From assembly GCA_021129825.1 (NCBI GenBank), contig JAJOKO010000108.1, positions 1 to 46,331 of the forward strand: a stretch of DNA of 46,331 bases, given 5' to 3'. Source of the DNA: Desulfotomaculum sp. (GTDB taxonomy: Bacteria > Bacillota > Desulfotomaculia > Desulfotomaculales > Desulfohalotomaculaceae). The number at the start of each line of letters is the position of its first letter. Position 1 is the stretch's first letter. A program made the position numbers and the translations under genes. Positions 8,452-17,285 of this stretch are shown here, piece after piece. Under the pieces are notes generated by a model that was not told the DNA's origin, searched no databases, and saw nothing but the letters and a program-made list of their open reading frames with translations.

Positions 8452-8527
8452 AACGAAAATTTAATATAATAATGTTATACTTTAACAGGTGTGTTGAAAG
8501 ATCTTCAGTAACATTGGAGGAATATTT

Positions 8528-10819
8528 ATGTTATCCAGTAAATTTGCAACTAAAATTTCGACAATTATTAATCACCTTCCCTTTTTATCAAATAGTCCCT
8601 TAAAGGGTCTCACTAGTTATTTACAAAACAAGCAGTGGGTTGGTATTCTGTATTTAGATATTGTTAAATTTAGTCTTATTGAAGAAAAGTTTGGTCCAGA
8701 TAGTTGCGCAACAATATTGCAACAGTTAGAAATTACCTGTAAAAATATAGGTGTAGAGGTTGTTTCACCGTATATGGTGATCAAAGTTTACCGTTGGGGC
8801 GATGATATCTGCCTGTTTTTCACCGGCGATTCTTCACCTAGTATTGCTGAATTTCAAAAAAAAGCTTATAAATTTAAAGATGAAGTACGCAGTGCTATTA
8901 ATGAATTTTTAGCTCGTAGTATTAAATTAAAAGGAATATTAATATTAAATCAGCTTGATTTTCACGTCGGCTATGCTATTGCTCGTTCTGAAAAAAGCTC
9001 TTGTAATAAAGCAGTTTATAAAGCTTTAAAAGAAAGTTTTTTAATTGCTAAAAATAAATATAATTTAGAAGAAGTGCTGGGTTTAGAAATACTTAAAGAT
9101 TTAATAACCCAAAGCAATTTCCGGATAGTGTACCAACCGCTAGTTAACCTATCCAATGGCGAAATAATTGGTTATGAAGCCTTGACCCGTGGTCCTGCCG
9201 GTAGCGTTTTAGAATCACCGGGCATGCTCTTTCCATTAGCTGAAAAAGCAGGTTTATTATATCCCTTAGAAAAAGTAACCAGAGAAAAAGCATTAACAGA
9301 AATGCACCGGCTAAATCAGGGGGAAATGCTTTTTTTAAATATTAATCCTACGATATTAAATGACCCTTCTTTTTCGAGCGGTAGAACAAAAGAAATATTG
9401 CAGAAAACACAAAGGATGCCCCAGCATGTTGTTTTTGAAATAACAGAACGCACTGCTATTACTAATTTTTCTGCTTTTCGTAAAGCTTTAGAACATTACC
9501 GCCGTCAAGGCTTTAAAGTAGCAATAGATGATGTCGGTGCCGGTTATTCTAGTTTGCAGTCAGTAGCCGAGCTTAAACCTGATTTTATTAAAATTGATCG
9601 TTCGTTAATCGCTAACATCCACCTGGATTCCACCAAGCAAGCTTTACTGGAAACATTTGTGGTATTTAGTCGTAAAATCAATAGTGCTTTAATTGCCGAA
9701 GGGATTGAAACTAGAGAAGAATTAAAATCAGTTATCCGTTTAGGTGTTAATACCGCCCAAGGTTTTTATATCGCCCGACCGGCTAATCCCTTACCAGATT
9801 TAAATACTGATTTTAAGATGAGCTTAAAAGAAAAAACTACTCGTAAACAAGATGCTTTAAATATGTTACCGTTAGTGGGCGAAATTGTGCAAGCCACCTT
9901 ATATGTAAATACTGGTGATGCTACTGGTGATGTAGTAGCCAAATTTCAACAAAATAAGAACTTGCATAATGTGGTAGTATTAGATTCAAATGAGCAACCA
10001 GTTGGTTTAATAACCCGGGATAAATTATTTTATAAATTAGGTAAACAATATGGTTTTGATCTATATTGCCGGCGGGCAATTGATTTATCGATGGACAAGC
10101 AACCTTTAATTATTGAATCTAATATTGATATTGACACGGCAGCTCAATTAGCAATGCAACGAAATGTTGATCAAATTTATGACCCGTTTATAGTGATTGA
10201 AAATAACCGCAGTTTAGGGCTTGTTTCTATTCGCCAGCTTTTAGATACTATTAGTAATTTGAAAATGGCAGTAGCCCGGTCGGCAAACCCGTTAACTGGT
10301 TTGCCGGGTAATATTGTTATTGAAGCCGAGTTGCTTAAACGCCTTGATAAAAACATCCCTTATGCCGCAATTTATATTGATTTGGATAATTTTAAAGGTT
10401 TTAACGATCGCTATGGCTTTGAACGAGGTGATTTAGCCTTGAAGATGACGGGCAGAATACTTACTGACGTTACTACTCAATATGGCAGCAAACACGATTT
10501 GGTCGGTCACATTGGCGGTGATGATTTTATTATTATCTCCAAACCAAGTCAAGCAGATACTATCTGTCAAAAAATAATTGATCGTTTTGCTGAAACTGCT
10601 CCCAATATTTATGATCAAGAAGATCGTGCGAAAGAATCTATTACTACAGTGGACCGCCAAGGACAAAAAGTACAAATACCAATTATGAGTGTTTCTATCG
10701 TCTCTGCAAAAGGCGGTCCTAAATATAATCCGGTTAGTTTTGAGCAATTAGCTGAAACTATTGCAGTGCTAAAAAAGAAAGCTAAAGCTATTCCAGGTAA
10801 CGCTTATGTGTGCCAATAA
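8528..10819 (+). CDS. Multidomain c-di-GMP protein: degenerate GGDEF (RWGDD), EAL, two CBS, and GGDEF variant (GGDDF)
   Basis: EAL catalytic set is present (YEALTRG, NINP, FEITER, AIDDVGAGYS, KIDRS, AEGIE, QGFY). The C-terminal cyclase-like domain reads DLDNFKGFNDRYGFERGD ... HIGGDDFII. Confidence 0.85.
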   Translation: MLSSKFATKISTIINHLPFLSNSPLKGLTSYLQNKQWVGILYLDIVKFSLIEEKFGPDSCATILQQLEITCKNIGVEVVSPYMVIKVYRWGDDICLFFTGDSSPSIAEFQKKAYKFKDEVRSAINEFLARSIKLKGILILNQLDFHVGYAIARSEKSSCNKAVYKALKESFLIAKNKYNLEEVLGLEILKDLITQSNFRIVYQPLVNLSNGEIIGYEALTRGPAGSVLESPGMLFPLAEKAGLLYPLEKVTREKALTEMHRLNQGEMLFLNINPTILNDPSFSSGRTKEILQKTQRMPQHVVFEITERTAITNFSAFRKALEHYRRQGFKVAIDDVGAGYSSLQSVAELKPDFIKIDRSLIANIHLDSTKQALLETFVVFSRKINSALIAEGIETREELKSVIRLGVNTAQGFYIARPANPLPDLNTDFKMSLKEKTTRKQDALNMLPLVGEIVQATLYVNTGDATGDVVAKFQQNKNLHNVVVLDSNEQPVGLITRDKLFYKLGKQYGFDLYCRRAIDLSMDKQPLIIESNIDIDTAAQLAMQRNVDQIYDPFIVIENNRSLGLVSIRQLLDTISNLKMAVARSANPLTGLPGNIVIEAELLKRLDKNIPYAAIYIDLDNFKGFNDRYGFERGDLALKMTGRILTDVTTQYGSKHDLVGHIGGDDFIIISKPSQADTICQKIIDRFAETAPNIYDQEDRAKESITTVDRQGQKVQIPIMSVSIVSAKGGPKYNPVSFEQLAETIAVLKKKAKAIPGNAYVCQ

Positions 10820-10834
10820 ATACGGTTTACAGTT

Positions 10835-12301
10835 TTATTCAACTATAATTAAATTTGGCTTTATTCGAATATTATATGGTAAACCAGTATCAATAAAACC
10901 CGGGATTGATATATAAGTTATCCCTTCACTGACAACAATATCCGTGGCATTAGCGGCAATAGGAATAAACATGTGGTAGTTTTCCTGTTCTTTAGTTAGT
11001 TCAATTCTAGAACTTTTTTGATCCCAATTGACCATATAACCCAAGGCTTCCATAGTAAAACGCAACGGGATATAATAACTGCCATCTTCGTAATAAGCTC
11101 CCCCCCTCATTTTTATTTCTGCGCCATTTATGTTAGCAATGTTTTTGCCGATAGTAAATCTAATCCTCTGATATTCAGCCGGTTTTAGAATGCTTTTGGC
11201 TACGTGCATCTTTAATCCTGGCGAAAGCACTTGTCTGTCCGGTATTAATCCTGTATTTTGAATCAGTCGACCATCAGGAAGTCTATACTCCGCTACCGTT
11301 AATTTCAATGCGCCGCCATCACTGAGATTTAGGATTGTTTGCACCGTACCTTTGCCATAAGTTTGATTACCTACTAAGGTAGCTACGCCGTGATCTTGAA
11401 GAGCACCGGCTACTATTTCAGCGGCACTGGCGGTATTTTCATCAACTAATACTACTATCGATAGATTATTAATCAACTTCACATGATTACTAAAATAAAT
11501 TGTTTCCTCGCCGCAATTTTCTATAAAACTAATTATTTTTTTGTTTAGCGGTAAAAAATAATCAACTATATCTACTGCAGCTATTAAATGCCCTCCCGGA
11601 TCATTACGTAAATCTAAAATTAAGCCTTTTAGCTCCCGGTTTTGCTTTTGTAAATTCTGCCAAGCATCAAGAAATTCGTTTGCTGTACGTTCGTTAAAAC
11701 TAATAATATCAATATAGCCGATATTCTCAAACACTACTTCTGAATATACCGTGGGCGTATTAATTGGAGCCCGGACTAGCGGTATTTTAAAGGTTTGATT
11801 ATCCCGGCGAATAGTTAATACTACTGTGCTACCCTCTACGCCACGAATTTTTTCAGCAATAATATCTAAAGAAAGTTGTTTAATACTTTTTCCATCAACT
11901 GCAATAATCAAGTCACCCTCTTTAATAAGGGCTTGTTTAGCCGGAGAATTAGCAAATACTACTACTACTTGAATATAATCATTAAACGCTTCCATTTTAA
12001 TGCCAATACCGACATATTTACTATCCAAAAAATCTGCAAATTCTTGCCATGATTCCGGTGTAATATGCTCAGCATAAGGGTCATTAAGAGTATCCAGCAT
12101 CCCATCAATAGCACCGTCAACTAAATCATCAGCTTGCGGTTTACTAATGTGATATTCTAGGATGTAATTAGAAATTTCTTTTAAACTAGTTGAGTGTCTC
12201 TCGGTAAATCCCGCATTATTAAAACTGCCAAAAGCCATTGCCGGCCAAGTTAAAAAAAATATCATCACCATAACTAGCATAAAATTAAATTGCTTAAACA
12301 A
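10835..12301 (-). CDS. S41 C-terminal processing peptidase with PDZ and a C-terminal copper-amine-oxidase-N-like domain
   Basis: Signal peptide, PDZ (GDLIIAVDG), catalytic region ENTASAAEIVAGALQD and YGKGTVQ. TTG start with SD GGGGTG. Confidence 0.85.
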   Translation of the reverse strand: MFKQFNFMLVMVMIFFLTWPAMAFGSFNNAGFTERHSTSLKEISNYILEYHISKPQADDLVDGAIDGMLDTLNDPYAEHITPESWQEFADFLDSKYVGIGIKMEAFNDYIQVVVVFANSPAKQALIKEGDLIIAVDGKSIKQLSLDIIAEKIRGVEGSTVVLTIRRDNQTFKIPLVRAPINTPTVYSEVVFENIGYIDIISFNERTANEFLDAWQNLQKQNRELKGLILDLRNDPGGHLIAAVDIVDYFLPLNKKIISFIENCGEETIYFSNHVKLINNLSIVVLVDENTASAAEIVAGALQDHGVATLVGNQTYGKGTVQTILNLSDGGALKLTVAEYRLPDGRLIQNTGLIPDRQVLSPGLKMHVAKSILKPAEYQRIRFTIGKNIANINGAEIKMRGGAYYEDGSYYIPLRFTMEALGYMVNWDQKSSRIELTKEQENYHMFIPIAANATDIVVSEGITYISIPGFIDTGLPYNIRIKPNLIIVE

Positions 12302-12453
12302 AAAAACACCCCATCATAAATGATTTATTTATAAATTACCTAATGTTAAGATAGTTCTCTACTTGACGATAATTTCCTGCATCAATGTAAAATTAAAGTA
12401 AAGCAGGTATTATAAATGTTAATGTAGAAGATAATATTTCTAAAGTAGTTTTT

Positions 12454-12467
12454 TTCTGACGACTGAC
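12454..12467 (+). repeat. Two heptamer units (TTCTGAC GACTGAC) after a T-run in the polA leader
   Basis: Same NNCTGAY unit and the same TTTT prefix as the larger arrays. Confidence 0.35.
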
Positions 12468-12500
12468 GAAAGTGGGTGCTTAAAAATTTCTTCAAATACT

Positions 12501-15134
12501 TTGATTGTAATAGACGGAAACAGTTTGGTTTACCGGGCTTTTCATGTGATCCCTCTTTTAACTACGAATCGTGGTCTAGTAACCAATGCCGCTTACGGTT
12601 TTACTAATATGTTATTGAAAATTTTAGAACAAGAACAACCTGGGTTAGTAATAGTAACTTTTGATAAAAGCAGGCTAACCTTTCGTAACCAACAATACAG
12701 CGAATATAAAGCGAATAGAAAACCAATGCCGGCAGAATTACGACCACAATTTCAAATCATAAAAGATATTTTGCAAGCTATGCGGATAACGGTACTTGAA
12801 TTAGAAGGCTATGAGGCTGATGACCTAATTGGTACTATTGTTGCTCAGGCTGGTAAAGCCAATATTTCCACATTAATTATTAGTGGCGATCGTGATGTTT
12901 TTCAATTAATATCTGCTAACACTAAAGTTCTGATCACCCGTAAAGGTATTACTCAATTGGATATTTATGATGATCATAAAGTGCGGGAACGTTTTGGTAT
13001 CTCTCCCCACCAGTTTATCGATTTCCGGGCCCTGACCGGAGATAGTTCAGATAATATTCCCGGTGTACCCGGCATTGGTGAAAAAACTGCTGCCAAGCTG
13101 TTGCAGCAATATCCTAGTTTGGATGATATTCTGGATAATCTAGACCAATTACCTAAACGCCAACAAGAAAAAATCAAACAACATCGTGAACAAGCCTTAT
13201 TGTCTAAACAATTAGTCACTATTAAACAAGATGTGCCTATTGAAGTAAATTTAAATAAATGCACTTATAATAATCCGGATCATCATCGCTTATTAAAATT
13301 ATTTACCGAACTGGAATTTAAATCTTTAGCTAAATCATTGTTAGCAGATAATAGTTCTAAAGAAATTAGTGATCTGGCACCAGCAGATGCTGTTTCAGTG
13401 GTATATCAAAAAATAACTACACCTGAACAATTACAAGAATTAATCAATACCACTCGTAGTGCCGGTAAAATAGCACTGGTGCTAGGTGGTAGTAAAGAAA
13501 CCGGGGTAATAACAGCTGTTATCGCCACCGGAGACCAGTACCCGGTATTCTGCCTACCGGTAGAAGGGCAGTCACCTGAATATCTCCAAACATTAAAAAC
13601 TATTTGCGAAGACCCTAAAATAACCAAAGTTTGTCATCATGCCAAAAATATTATTTGGTTATTAGACTATCATGATATCAAATTAAAAAATTTAAGTTTT
13701 GATGTTGGTATTGCCGCCTATTTATTGAATCCTACTGTTGCTAATACAAATTTAGAAAATTTAGCATTAGCCTATTTAGACCAGGTGCTTTTACCTGATG
13801 CAGCAAGTTCATTGCCATCCCAGGCAAATGCTATTTACCAGTTAGCACCACTATTCCACAAGAAACTCCAAGAACAGCAACAGGAGCAATTATTTTATAC
13901 CATGGAATTACCACTGGTAAATGTGCTGGCTGAAATGGAAATCCAAGGCATGGCTGTAGATAGGCAAATACTAGAAGACATGTCTGTGCAACTGGGTCAG
14001 CATATTGCTATCCTTATTCAAGAGATCCATAATTTATCAGGGGAAAAATTCAATATTAATTCCCCTAAACAATTGGGTAAAATATTATTTGAAAAACTGG
14101 GCTTACCGGTTGTTAAAAAAACTAAAACCGGTTATTCGACTGATGCCTCAGTGTTAGAATCATTATCTGCGAGTCTAAAAGGCACCGGAAAACAGCAGAT
14201 TATTATTAAGTTATTACAATACCGGCAACTAGCAAAATTAAAATCTACCTATGCAGATGGTTTAATCAGTCTGATTAGTAAAAAAACAGGGCATATTCAC
14301 ACTACTTTAAACCAAACAGCAACTGCTACCGGGCGATTATCAAGCACTGCTCCTAATTTACAAAATATTCCGATTCGTTTAGAGTTGGGAAAACAAATTC
14401 GGCGAGCGTTTATACCAAGCAATTCTGATAATCTGATTTTGACTGCTGATTATTCCCAAATTGAACTGCGAGTGCTAGCTCATATCTCCGGCGACCCCGG
14501 TTTTTTAGAAGCTTTTAATAACAAACAAGATATTCATGTGCGCACTGCATCCGAGGTATTTAACGTGCCGGTGGATACAGTTACACTTGAAATGCGCAGC
14601 CGGGCTAAAGCGGTTAACTTTGGCATTATCTATGGCATTAGTGATTTTGGACTGTCCCGTGATATTAAAGTCAGTAGAGCAGAAGCACGCCGCTATATTA
14701 ACAACTATTTTGCTCGCTGTCCCGGAGTAAAAAAATATATTGACCAGATAATAGTAAAAGCTAAAGAGTGTGGTTATGTAACCACACTCTTTAACCGGCG
14801 ACGTTATTTGCCAGAACTAGCCAGTTCTAGTCATGCCACTCGTAATTTTGGTGAACGTATCGCTATGAATACACCTATTCAAGGTAGTGCAGCAGATATT
14901 ATCAAGCTAGCAATGATTAACATTCATAAGCAGTTGCAAAAAAATAAACTGTTCTCTAAAATGATTTTACAAGTACATGATGAATTGATTTTTGACGCTC
15001 CTAAAAATGAAATGCCGGCGTTAATTAAGCTAGTTAAAGGATGTATGGAAAATGCTTTATCTTTAGATGTGCCTCTGGTGGTAGATATAAAAACCGGTCC
15101 AAACTGGTATGAGGTAAAACCGGTTAACAGTTAA
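12501..15134 (+). CDS. polA: DNA polymerase I
   Basis: 5' nuclease motifs (IDGNSLVYRAF, GDSSDNIPGVPGIGEKTA). Pol motifs A (ADYSQIELRVLAH), B (RSRAKAVNFGIIYG) and C (QVHDEL). The TTG start is uncertain because there is no clear SD. Confidence 0.95.
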   Translation: MIVIDGNSLVYRAFHVIPLLTTNRGLVTNAAYGFTNMLLKILEQEQPGLVIVTFDKSRLTFRNQQYSEYKANRKPMPAELRPQFQIIKDILQAMRITVLELEGYEADDLIGTIVAQAGKANISTLIISGDRDVFQLISANTKVLITRKGITQLDIYDDHKVRERFGISPHQFIDFRALTGDSSDNIPGVPGIGEKTAAKLLQQYPSLDDILDNLDQLPKRQQEKIKQHREQALLSKQLVTIKQDVPIEVNLNKCTYNNPDHHRLLKLFTELEFKSLAKSLLADNSSKEISDLAPADAVSVVYQKITTPEQLQELINTTRSAGKIALVLGGSKETGVITAVIATGDQYPVFCLPVEGQSPEYLQTLKTICEDPKITKVCHHAKNIIWLLDYHDIKLKNLSFDVGIAAYLLNPTVANTNLENLALAYLDQVLLPDAASSLPSQANAIYQLAPLFHKKLQEQQQEQLFYTMELPLVNVLAEMEIQGMAVDRQILEDMSVQLGQHIAILIQEIHNLSGEKFNINSPKQLGKILFEKLGLPVVKKTKTGYSTDASVLESLSASLKGTGKQQIIIKLLQYRQLAKLKSTYADGLISLISKKTGHIHTTLNQTATATGRLSSTAPNLQNIPIRLELGKQIRRAFIPSNSDNLILTADYSQIELRVLAHISGDPGFLEAFNNKQDIHVRTASEVFNVPVDTVTLEMRSRAKAVNFGIIYGISDFGLSRDIKVSRAEARRYINNYFARCPGVKKYIDQIIVKAKECGYVTTLFNRRRYLPELASSSHATRNFGERIAMNTPIQGSAADIIKLAMINIHKQLQKNKLFSKMILQVHDELIFDAPKNEMPALIKLVKGCMENALSLDVPLVVDIKTGPNWYEVKPVNS

Positions 15135-15173
15135 ATATGATCAAAAGATGAAAAGGTAAAGAGATTTCTTTTA

Positions 15174-15378
15174 GTGCGTGTTCGAAAAGGGTACCCTTTA
15201 GCACATTTGAAATTTACATATTAATCCAATTAACCTTAAAGCACACCCCCACCCTACCCTCCCCCATCAAGGGGGAGGAGACTTGATTTCCCCTCCCCTC
15301 GTGGGAGGGGCGGGTACCCACCCGAAGGGAAGGGTGCGGGGAGGGGGGTTGCCACAAACATACTTTTCGAACACGCAC
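15174..15378. mobile_element. Complete family A MITE (205 bp)
   Basis: Perfect 16-bp TIR GTGCGTGTTCGAAAAG / CTTTTCGAACACGCAC. Identical TTTTA 5-mers lie at 15169-15173 and 15379-15383. The core is GC-rich and multi-hairpin, with no ORF. Confidence 0.9.
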
Positions 15379-15429
15379 TTTTAGTTCTTTAATTCTTTAA
15401 TCTCTTAATCTCTCAAAGGAGTACTTAAA

Positions 15430-16281
15430 ATGCCTGAGTTACCTGAAGTAGAAACGATTAAACGTACCTTGAAAATAGTTTTAGCAAATTTAACTATTAC
15501 AGATGTGACAATTTTTAAACCTAAACTAGTTAACAGACCTGATTTTAAAGAAGCGCTTGTTGGTTGTCAAATCAGTGATCAATTAACACGCCGGGGGAAA
15601 TATTTACTATTACCTTTAAACAAATGTGCTAGCAAGTCCGGTGATATGACGTTAGCAATTCACTTACGAATGACTGGTTGTCTGGTAGTAATAAAAGAAA
15701 ATGATCAATTACCCAAATATACCCATGTGTTATTCTATTTCGATAATCCCAAAATAAAGTTAGCTTTTGCAGATATGCGCCAGTTTGGCCGCCTGTCTTT
15801 ATTAACTAACGCAGAACTGCAAGATTTATCCGGGTTAAAAGATTTGGGACCGGAACCACTGGAAAAAAACTTTAACCCGACCTATTTAAAAAATAACTTG
15901 TCGTCACGCCGGGCTAAAATTAAATCTTTACTGTTAAACCAAACTTTGGTAGCCGGTTTAGGCAATATTTATGTAGATGAAGCTCTATACCTGGCTCAAA
16001 TACACCCGGAACGCCTAGGTTGTGATTTAACTGCTCCAGAAGTTAATAATCTTTACCATGCTATTATCACAGTATTAGAGCAAGGTATTCAAAACGGCGG
16101 TACTTCAATTAGTGACTATGTAGACGCCGAAGGTAATGCTGGTAATAACCAAAATATGTTACAAGCTTACCAGCGCCAAAACAAGCCCTGCTACCGGTGC
16201 GATGAAATTATTACCCGCATCAAAGTAGCCGGACGCAGTTCCCATTTTTGCCCCCGGTGTCAAAAAATCAAAAATAGTTGA
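15430..16281 (+). CDS. mutM: Formamidopyrimidine-DNA glycosylase
   Basis: N-terminal MPELPEVE and a C-terminal zinc finger (CYRC...CPRC). Confidence 0.95.
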   Translation: MPELPEVETIKRTLKIVLANLTITDVTIFKPKLVNRPDFKEALVGCQISDQLTRRGKYLLLPLNKCASKSGDMTLAIHLRMTGCLVVIKENDQLPKYTHVLFYFDNPKIKLAFADMRQFGRLSLLTNAELQDLSGLKDLGPEPLEKNFNPTYLKNNLSSRRAKIKSLLLNQTLVAGLGNIYVDEALYLAQIHPERLGCDLTAPEVNNLYHAIITVLEQGIQNGGTSISDYVDAEGNAGNNQNMLQAYQRQNKPCYRCDEIITRIKVAGRSSHFCPRCQKIKNS

Positions 16282-16317
16282 ACAAGCACCAATCACTCAC
16301 CCCTCCCATATACCTAT

Positions 16318-16520
16318 GAGTACTCTCGGAAAGTCTAACCCCACTATTTCTGTACCTTTCAAAGAAAGTTTTCGTTTTTTCACCCCCACCTGCACCCTTC
16401 CCTTCGGGTGGGTACCCGCTCCCCCATCAAGGGGGAGGGAACTTGATTTCCCCTCCCCTCGTGGGAGGGGATTAAGGGGAGGGGGGATTTTATAACAAAA
16501 CTCCTTTTTGAACATATACT
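16318..16520. mobile_element. Hybrid MITE: family B left terminus (GAGTACTCTCGGAAAG) and a degenerate family A-like right end
   Basis: 16318-16470 is nearly identical to 45692-45840. The right end CTCCTTTTTGAACATATAC aligns with ATACTTTTCGAACACGCAC. The 72-aa ORF inside is judged spurious. Confidence 0.8.
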
Positions 16521-16554
16521 TAAAGATATCTTTTAGGTTGCGGGAGGGGTTTTT

Positions 16555-17229
16555 TTGGAGTTAATTGCTATCATAATATTTGCTTTAGCTTTGAATATGG
16601 ATGCCTTTGGAACCGGCATAGCTTATGGTATCAGAAGAATTAAAATTCCTTTTAATTCGGTGCTGATTATCAGCCTAATGTCAGTAATAGCTATTAGTAT
16701 TTCAATGATAGCGGGACATCTGCTGACCGGTATATTATCTGAATCATTGGCCCGGCAGCTTGGAGGTATTTTATTAATAATCTTGGGTATTTGGTTATTG
16801 ATTCAATGTCGTCCAAATTCAAAAAACGGCACTGCCAAACAGCATCAAAAAGAGAAATTGCAAAAAACAGTGTTAAAACTACGCCTTAAAATGCTCGGAT
16901 TAGTAATTCAAGTGCTACGTGAACCAGTAAAAGCTGATTTAGATAAATCTGGTGTTATCAGTTCACGCGAGGCTCTTTTGCTAGGGTATGCACTGGCTTT
17001 AGACGCTTTCGGAGCCGGTTTTGCAGTAGCTATGATTGGATTTAACTTGATTATCACGGTGGTTGTAGTCGGATTAGGACATATTTTAATGATTTACTCC
17101 GGGTTAATCCTAGGTAGCCGTTTTATAGCTACTAATATTGGACCTAAAATGGCTGTAATACCAGGTTTAATCCTAATTATCATCGGGATATTTAAGTTAA
17201 TCAGCGTTCAGCTATCAGCTATCAGCTAA
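16555..17229 (+). CDS. ytaF: Sporulation membrane protein YtaF (MntP-like fold)
   Basis: LALNMDAFGTGIAYGIRRIKIP and a second LALDAFGAGFAV repeat. The polA-mutM-ytaF order matches Bacillus. Confidence 0.8.
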   Translation: MELIAIIIFALALNMDAFGTGIAYGIRRIKIPFNSVLIISLMSVIAISISMIAGHLLTGILSESLARQLGGILLIILGIWLLIQCRPNSKNGTAKQHQKEKLQKTVLKLRLKMLGLVIQVLREPVKADLDKSGVISSREALLLGYALALDAFGAGFAVAMIGFNLIITVVVVGLGHILMIYSGLILGSRFIATNIGPKMAVIPGLILIIIGIFKLISVQLSAIS

Positions 17230-17277
17230 AGATTTAAAAGATTTTAGCTGAACGCTGACTGCTGATCGCTGAAAGCT
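17201..17277. repeat. Inverted pair of heptamer arrays forming a hairpin that spans the ytaF stop codon
   Basis: Left arm TCAGCGT TCAGCTA TCAGCTA TCAGCTA (17201-17228). Right arm AGCTGAA CGCTGAC TGCTGAT CGCTGAA AGCT (17246-17277), followed by ATTTTTATT. Confidence 0.85.
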
Positions 17278-17285
17278 TATTTTTA

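Noticed and set aside
12190-12210. GAGTGTCTCTCGGTAAATC inside the S41 peptidase gene, which resembles the B-type MITE terminus
   Set aside because: It is a single imperfect match with no partner end and no interruption of the reading frame, so probably chance.
16297-16515. 72-aa ORF (…NPLPRGEGKSSSLPLDGG…) and the 98-aa ORF at 36879-37175, considered as protein-coding genes
   Set aside because: Both are translations of the GC-rich hairpin cores of the MITEs. The same nucleotide blocks recur in both orientations in non-coding spacers. There is no SD and the composition is low-complexity Pro/Gly.
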